Assembly: GCA_965262915.1 (NCBI GenBank)
Contig: OZ253564.1
Location: 2,720,001 to 2,784,000, forward strand
Reading direction: 5' to 3'
DNA from: Candidatus Spongiisociaceae bacterium
GTDB taxonomy: Bacteria > Actinomycetota > Acidimicrobiia > Spongiisociales > Spongiisociaceae
DNA: 64,000 nt
Each line of letters begins with the position of its first letter. Position 1 is the stretch's first letter. Below the pieces are notes generated by a model, which saw only the letters and a program-made list of their open reading frames with translations, made no database searches and was not told where the DNA came from. A program made the position numbers and the translations under genes. Of this stretch, positions 59,989-64,000 are shown in pieces.

Positions 59989-61639
59989 CTGTTTCTCCTT
60001 CGAGGGGAAGTGTCGCCACGACGCCGGCATGACCGTCTACGGCGATGATGCGGTCTGAAGATGTGCGAAGCCGGATCCCGCAGACTGCCGGGATTCCGAG
60101 CGCACGAGCCGCGTCGAAAAGGTGGGCCGCCGGGCTTCCGGTCTCGGTGACGATCCCTGACGCATCCCACAGCAGCGGGGCGAGCTCCGGGGTGGGGTAG
60201 ACAGAGGTGATCACCGATCGTGGGGTCGGGCGGTATCCGGGGTCGGCGAGATGTGGAGTTGTCCCCAACCCGGCTCCGAACCCCCTCGATGCCGGCGTTC
60301 CCCGATGTATCTCGCCCGTCTGGAGGACAACCGCCGTGATCAGGGGGTCCCAGCGCCCGATCCCGACACGCGATCCCGCCACGAGCGCCCCACCAGCGAG
60401 CACCCGTTCGACTTGCTCTGCGGTCAGGAACCAGGCGGCTCTGGGCTCGCCCACTACACCTCGGGCCACCATCTCATCCCGAATCCGGTCGAGATGACCG
60501 ATCAGCCGGCCTGCCAAGGCCTGACTCGGCTCCTGCAGGCGGCGTATCCGCTCCAGGGCAGCGGCCGGGTCGGGGCCTCGCAGCTTCCTGATCGTGTCCC
60601 GCGCCGCACGTCGAGCCTCGTCCCCGGGTAACTCCCAGACCTGGGAGACCAACTCGTCGCTGAGGTCGCGCGCCACCCGGAGGTCGGGGTTCGCAATCTC
60701 GGACCCCGCCGGCAGGCGCCCAGCGAATGCCCATGGGAGCACCATTTCCTCACCCAAGGGGCCCGGGGCGAGAACGGCCAGACGTGACACCCTGATCATC
60801 AGCGGGTCCACCTCAGTAAGGCTGTCGGCTTCGGTGAGTTGCATGGGAGTGGACTTACCGAGTTGAAGGATCCACACCTCTCCATCCCAGGCCCACTCAC
60901 ACCTGTTCGCTCCGATGGATTGATGGGCAACCTGGAGGACGGAGCGGATCCCTTCGAGGGCGTTCAATCCGAGCAACTCGATCAGGCCGTCGCCCACCCA
61001 ACCCTCGTCCCATCTGGCAGTATCGCCCACGACCCACCCCTGGAGGAGTGGGGCAGGTGATCCTTTGACCCCGTGGACCACTACCTTGCCATTTGCCAGT
61101 TCCGCGCTTCCTCCCGCCGCGGGCTCCAGCGCGGGCTGCACCAGAACCGCCATCGGCACGTTTCCCGGTTTGATCGAGGCGACACGCTGCCTTTCCAGTG
61201 CGGCGACCGCAAACGCCGAGGCCCAGCAGCCGACGATTGCGCGCGGTAGATCGCCGGGAGTCAGATCCTGATAGGAGGTGAACGCTCCTGACCACTCGCT
61301 CGATCCCTCCAAGCGGGTGGAGGAACGGGCAACGAGCCGCGGGCTCAGAGCAGAGCCGGAGGCGGCCAGCTCGTTCGCGTTGGGTACAGGCTCTTTGAGA
61401 ATGGCGAGACGGGCGGCACCAGACCCACGTCTGCTGAGGGCCCGCTCTCCTATCGCCATGTGATGCCGTGAGTCTCCGGCTTCGAGCACGAAGCCGGGAA
61501 GGACCGGGAGACCTGCTCGGCGACCCATGGCGAGCCAGGCTGCCTTGGCGCCGACCCTTCCCGGGTCGAGGCTTCCCTCGTGGTCGAGGTCGACGATCAA
61601 TCCAGAGGCCTGTCTGTGAAAAGGCGGCGTCGTATGCAA
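59981..61639 (-). CDS. PEP-synthase-like protein: ATP-grasp N-terminus plus phospho-His swivel C-terminus (rifampin-phosphotransferase-like order)
   Basis: GAKAA.L, VARSS..EGS...S.G.F.S, MAVLVQ; TETGSPAAH...AR.LGIPAV, VDG..G.V. Confidence 0.78.
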   Translation of the reverse strand: MHTTPPFHRQASGLIVDLDHEGSLDPGRVGAKAAWLAMGRRAGLPVLPGFVLEAGDSRHHMAIGERALSRRGSGAARLAILKEPVPNANELAASGSALSPRLVARSSTRLEGSSEWSGAFTSYQDLTPGDLPRAIVGCWASAFAVAALERQRVASIKPGNVPMAVLVQPALEPAAGGSAELANGKVVVHGVKGSPAPLLQGWVVGDTARWDEGWVGDGLIELLGLNALEGIRSVLQVAHQSIGANRCEWAWDGEVWILQLGKSTPMQLTEADSLTEVDPLMIRVSRLAVLAPGPLGEEMVLPWAFAGRLPAGSEIANPDLRVARDLSDELVSQVWELPGDEARRAARDTIRKLRGPDPAAALERIRRLQEPSQALAGRLIGHLDRIRDEMVARGVVGEPRAAWFLTAEQVERVLAGGALVAGSRVGIGRWDPLITAVVLQTGEIHRGTPASRGFGAGLGTTPHLADPGYRPTPRSVITSVYPTPELAPLLWDASGIVTETGSPAAHLFDAARALGIPAVCGIRLRTSSDRIIAVDGHAGVVATLPLEGETDD

Positions 61640-61780
61640 CCAGAGCGTGGCAAGTTGTCGTGCAGACAGAGCACTAGGAGGGTGGTGTAAGACCCCTCAA
61701 GGCCCGTCGATCGATGACATAACGCCTGTTCAGAGGAAGACGGGCCGTTGCTCCCCACCGTTTTAGACCACCCTAACGAG

Positions 61781-63019
61781 TCAGGTGATCGAGATGATCT
61801 CGTGCTGCTTGTACGTGGAGACCATCTCGTACCCGGTTTCTGTCACGTACAGCATTTCCTCGAGACGGACCCCGTGGTCGTGCATCTTCCCGTGCTGGGT
61901 CTCGAGTGCGAACGTCATCCCGGGTTGTATCTCGACCGGATGGTCCAGCGACCAGATCCGCGAGATGACCGGTGGGTCGTACTGGGCGAGACCGAGACCG
62001 TGGCCCCAGTTGTTCGCGGCGGCTTGATCCTCCTCCTCGTAGCCCCACGCCTCCCGGGCGGACGGCCACTTCGCGGCGACATCTGCTGTGGTCACCCCCG
62101 GCTTCACCGTCTCGATCGAATCCCAGAGCCACTTGTGGGCCGCGTCGTAGGTGGCCTGGTGCTCGTCGGTGGGCTTGCCACCCACACAGTAGGTGCGGTA
62201 CACGCAGGATTTGAAGCCGTTCCAGGTGAGGGCCGCGAGATCGACTATCACCAGCTCACCGGGTCTGATCATGCGATCGGAGAAGTTCCGCCAATTCGGC
62301 CACGCATTGGGTCCGGAAGAGACGATTACGTCTTCCACATCCTCCATGCCAGGAATCGAATACAGCTTCTCGAAAGCGAATGCCGCAACCTCGTTCTCGG
62401 TCATGCCCGGAGTCATGTGGTTGGTGATCGCGTAGTGGACGTAGTCACAGATGGCGCCCACGATGGAGAAGGCCTTGATCTCGTCCGGGCTCTTTATGGC
62501 TCGGGCGTTCATCATCGGCGTCATCCCGTCGGTCCAGTCGATGTCTCGTTTCTCGAACTCCCGCATCAGGTTGATGTCGATGAAGTCGACTCCGAGTGGC
62601 TGGTCTTCAACACCCGCCTCTTCGAGATCGTTCATCAAGGCGTTGACGAACTTCTGGACCTGCTGGTCGGCAGCGGGCCCGACGGCGCCCTTGATCCAGA
62701 TGTAGGAGTGACGGATGTTCTCCGTCGGGATCCAGGGATTGTGCACCTTGAGGTGGTAGCCGATGTCACCCTGCTCGTAGACGATCGGGGGCTTCCCCGC
62801 CGGCAGAACCACATAGCGCAGACCCGGCTTCAGACGGTTCCAGCCCGGGGTCAGCGTCGAGGAGACGTAGCGCATGTTCTCGTCGTAGAACAGGAGCAGG
62901 GCGCCTAGCCCTGCCTTCTCCATCTCGGCGTGGGCTCTCTTCAGCCGCCAGTCGCGGACTTTGGCCCAGTTGATGCCCTCTTTCCAATCGGTGCTGAGCC
63001 CGAAGAATGCTTCTCTCAT
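61781..63019 (-). CDS. M24 family Xaa-Pro peptidase/amidohydrolase-like protein
   Basis: RAIKSPDEI, GHGLGL, PGMTFALET, GVRLEE. Confidence 0.88.
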   Translation of the reverse strand: MREAFFGLSTDWKEGINWAKVRDWRLKRAHAEMEKAGLGALLLFYDENMRYVSSTLTPGWNRLKPGLRYVVLPAGKPPIVYEQGDIGYHLKVHNPWIPTENIRHSYIWIKGAVGPAADQQVQKFVNALMNDLEEAGVEDQPLGVDFIDINLMREFEKRDIDWTDGMTPMMNARAIKSPDEIKAFSIVGAICDYVHYAITNHMTPGMTENEVAAFAFEKLYSIPGMEDVEDVIVSSGPNAWPNWRNFSDRMIRPGELVIVDLAALTWNGFKSCVYRTYCVGGKPTDEHQATYDAAHKWLWDSIETVKPGVTTADVAAKWPSAREAWGYEEEDQAAANNWGHGLGLAQYDPPVISRIWSLDHPVEIQPGMTFALETQHGKMHDHGVRLEEMLYVTETGYEMVSTYKQHEIISIT

Positions 63020-63188
63020 GACTTGTCGAGTCCCTCCCCCGGTGTTAGTTGACCCTATCGGGGATCACCTCACGAACGACATCGATGAAACTCGTTATCG
63101 TCGAGGAGACCCTTGTTAGCCGACGATTCCCGTACACGATACTGCGGACGGGGCCGCTCGAGGTCATGGAGCGAATGTACAATGGCTT

Positions 63189-64000
63189 GTGGCTTCATCG
63201 ACATCGGGGGCGGACGGTACGCTTCTGGAGACCCGTCTGCTGAGCAAGTGGTTCCCGCGTCGGCGCACCGCGGCGGAGATCGTGACTCGTGCGAATAGGG
63301 ACTATCTCAAAGCCGTAGACGGCTTCTCGATCGTCATTCGGGCCGGAGAAGCGCTCGGGCTTGCCGGCGAAAGCGGTTCGGGTAAGACAGTGACCGCCGA
63401 GGTCATAGCCGGCCTGCAGCAGCCGACTTCGGGGAACGTCTATTTCAAGGGCGCGTCCATGACCGGGCGAATACCACGCTCCAGGAATGCCCGGTTCCGA
63501 CGATCGGTCAGCATGGTCTTCCAGGACCCCTTCGACTCGCTGAATCCCCAAAAGCGCGTCGGAAAGTTGGTGGCGGAACCCCTGGAGATCCACAAGGTGG
63601 GAACGGAGGCCGGGCGGCGGCGACAGGTCATGGAGACGCTCGAGCTAGTGCGCCTCATCCCTGCCGATAGGTTCATCAGCAAATACCCTTTCGAGTTGAG
63701 CGGCGGGGAACGCCAGCGGGTCGCGATTGCGCGTGCGCTGATCCTCGATCCGCAACTGCTCATCGCCGACGAGCCGACCACGATGTTGGATGTGTCGGTT
63801 CGGGCCGGCATTCTCAACCTGATCCGGGACCTACAGAAGTCAACTCAGATGTCGCTGCTCTTCATATCTCACGATTTCACAACGCTGCGTTACGTGTGTG
63901 ATCGCATCGCCATCATGTACCTGGGCCATCTCGTTGAGCTAGGCCCGGCGCATCGGGTCATGGCCGAGCGATTCCATCCGTACACGCAAGCGCTGGCCTC
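63189..64000 (+). CDS. Oligopeptide/dipeptide ABC ATP-binding protein, truncated by the window end
   Basis: Manual translation: KAVDG, GESGSGKT, FQDP..SLNP, ELSGGERQR, LIADEPT, ISHD, HPYT. Confidence 0.9.
   Translation, partial: MASSTSGADGTLLETRLLSKWFPRRRTAAEIVTRANRDYLKAVDGFSIVIRAGEALGLAGESGSGKTVTAEVIAGLQQPTSGNVYFKGASMTGRIPRSRNARFRRSVSMVFQDPFDSLNPQKRVGKLVAEPLEIHKVGTEAGRRRQVMETLELVRLIPADRFISKYPFELSGGERQRVAIARALILDPQLLIADEPTTMLDVSVRAGILNLIRDLQKSTQMSLLFISHDFTTLRYVCDRIAIMYLGHLVELGPAHRVMAERFHPYTQALA

Noticed and set aside
1-64000. rRNA, complete tRNA, prophage or integrase genes
   Set aside because: None recognisable by eye; a covariance-model search would be needed to exclude small RNAs.

Overview
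High-GC actinobacterial chromosome segment, probably Acidimicrobiia (inferred from gene repertoire and DUF222/PafBC-type signals). Housekeeping genes (thrC, ychF-like, gpsA, serC, aspartate aminotransferase, xanthine-dehydrogenase subunits, pyk) are interleaved with accessory catabolic blocks: a visibly lower-GC NMT1-type ABC importer / LLM oxidoreductase / D-aminoacylase / 3x DUF3830-like block, a carbamoylase-PLP cluster and a right-end oxidoreductase cluster. Also present are decayed toxin-antitoxin genes, an intact-looking IS5, and IS630 and IS110 remnants. The best candidate for an undescribed system is at 23.1-30.7 kb: an Mre11/SbcD - Rad50/SbcC - NurA - HerA module whose Rad50 lacks the CxxC zinc hook, has a hydrophobic glycine-zipper hairpin at the coiled-coil apex, and has both arms lengthened by the same 56 aa through separate tandem duplications. 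It lies beside a second, truncated Rad50 paralogue, and herA has a PafBC-type DNA-damage promoter. Also notable are an IS110 remnant with CT cores, a reconstructable circle-junction promoter and a possible bridge-RNA guide, three PafBC-like promoters, and a 23-bp periodic array upstream of an AAA/DUF4143 gene. All family calls come from motif recognition by eye; no searches were run.
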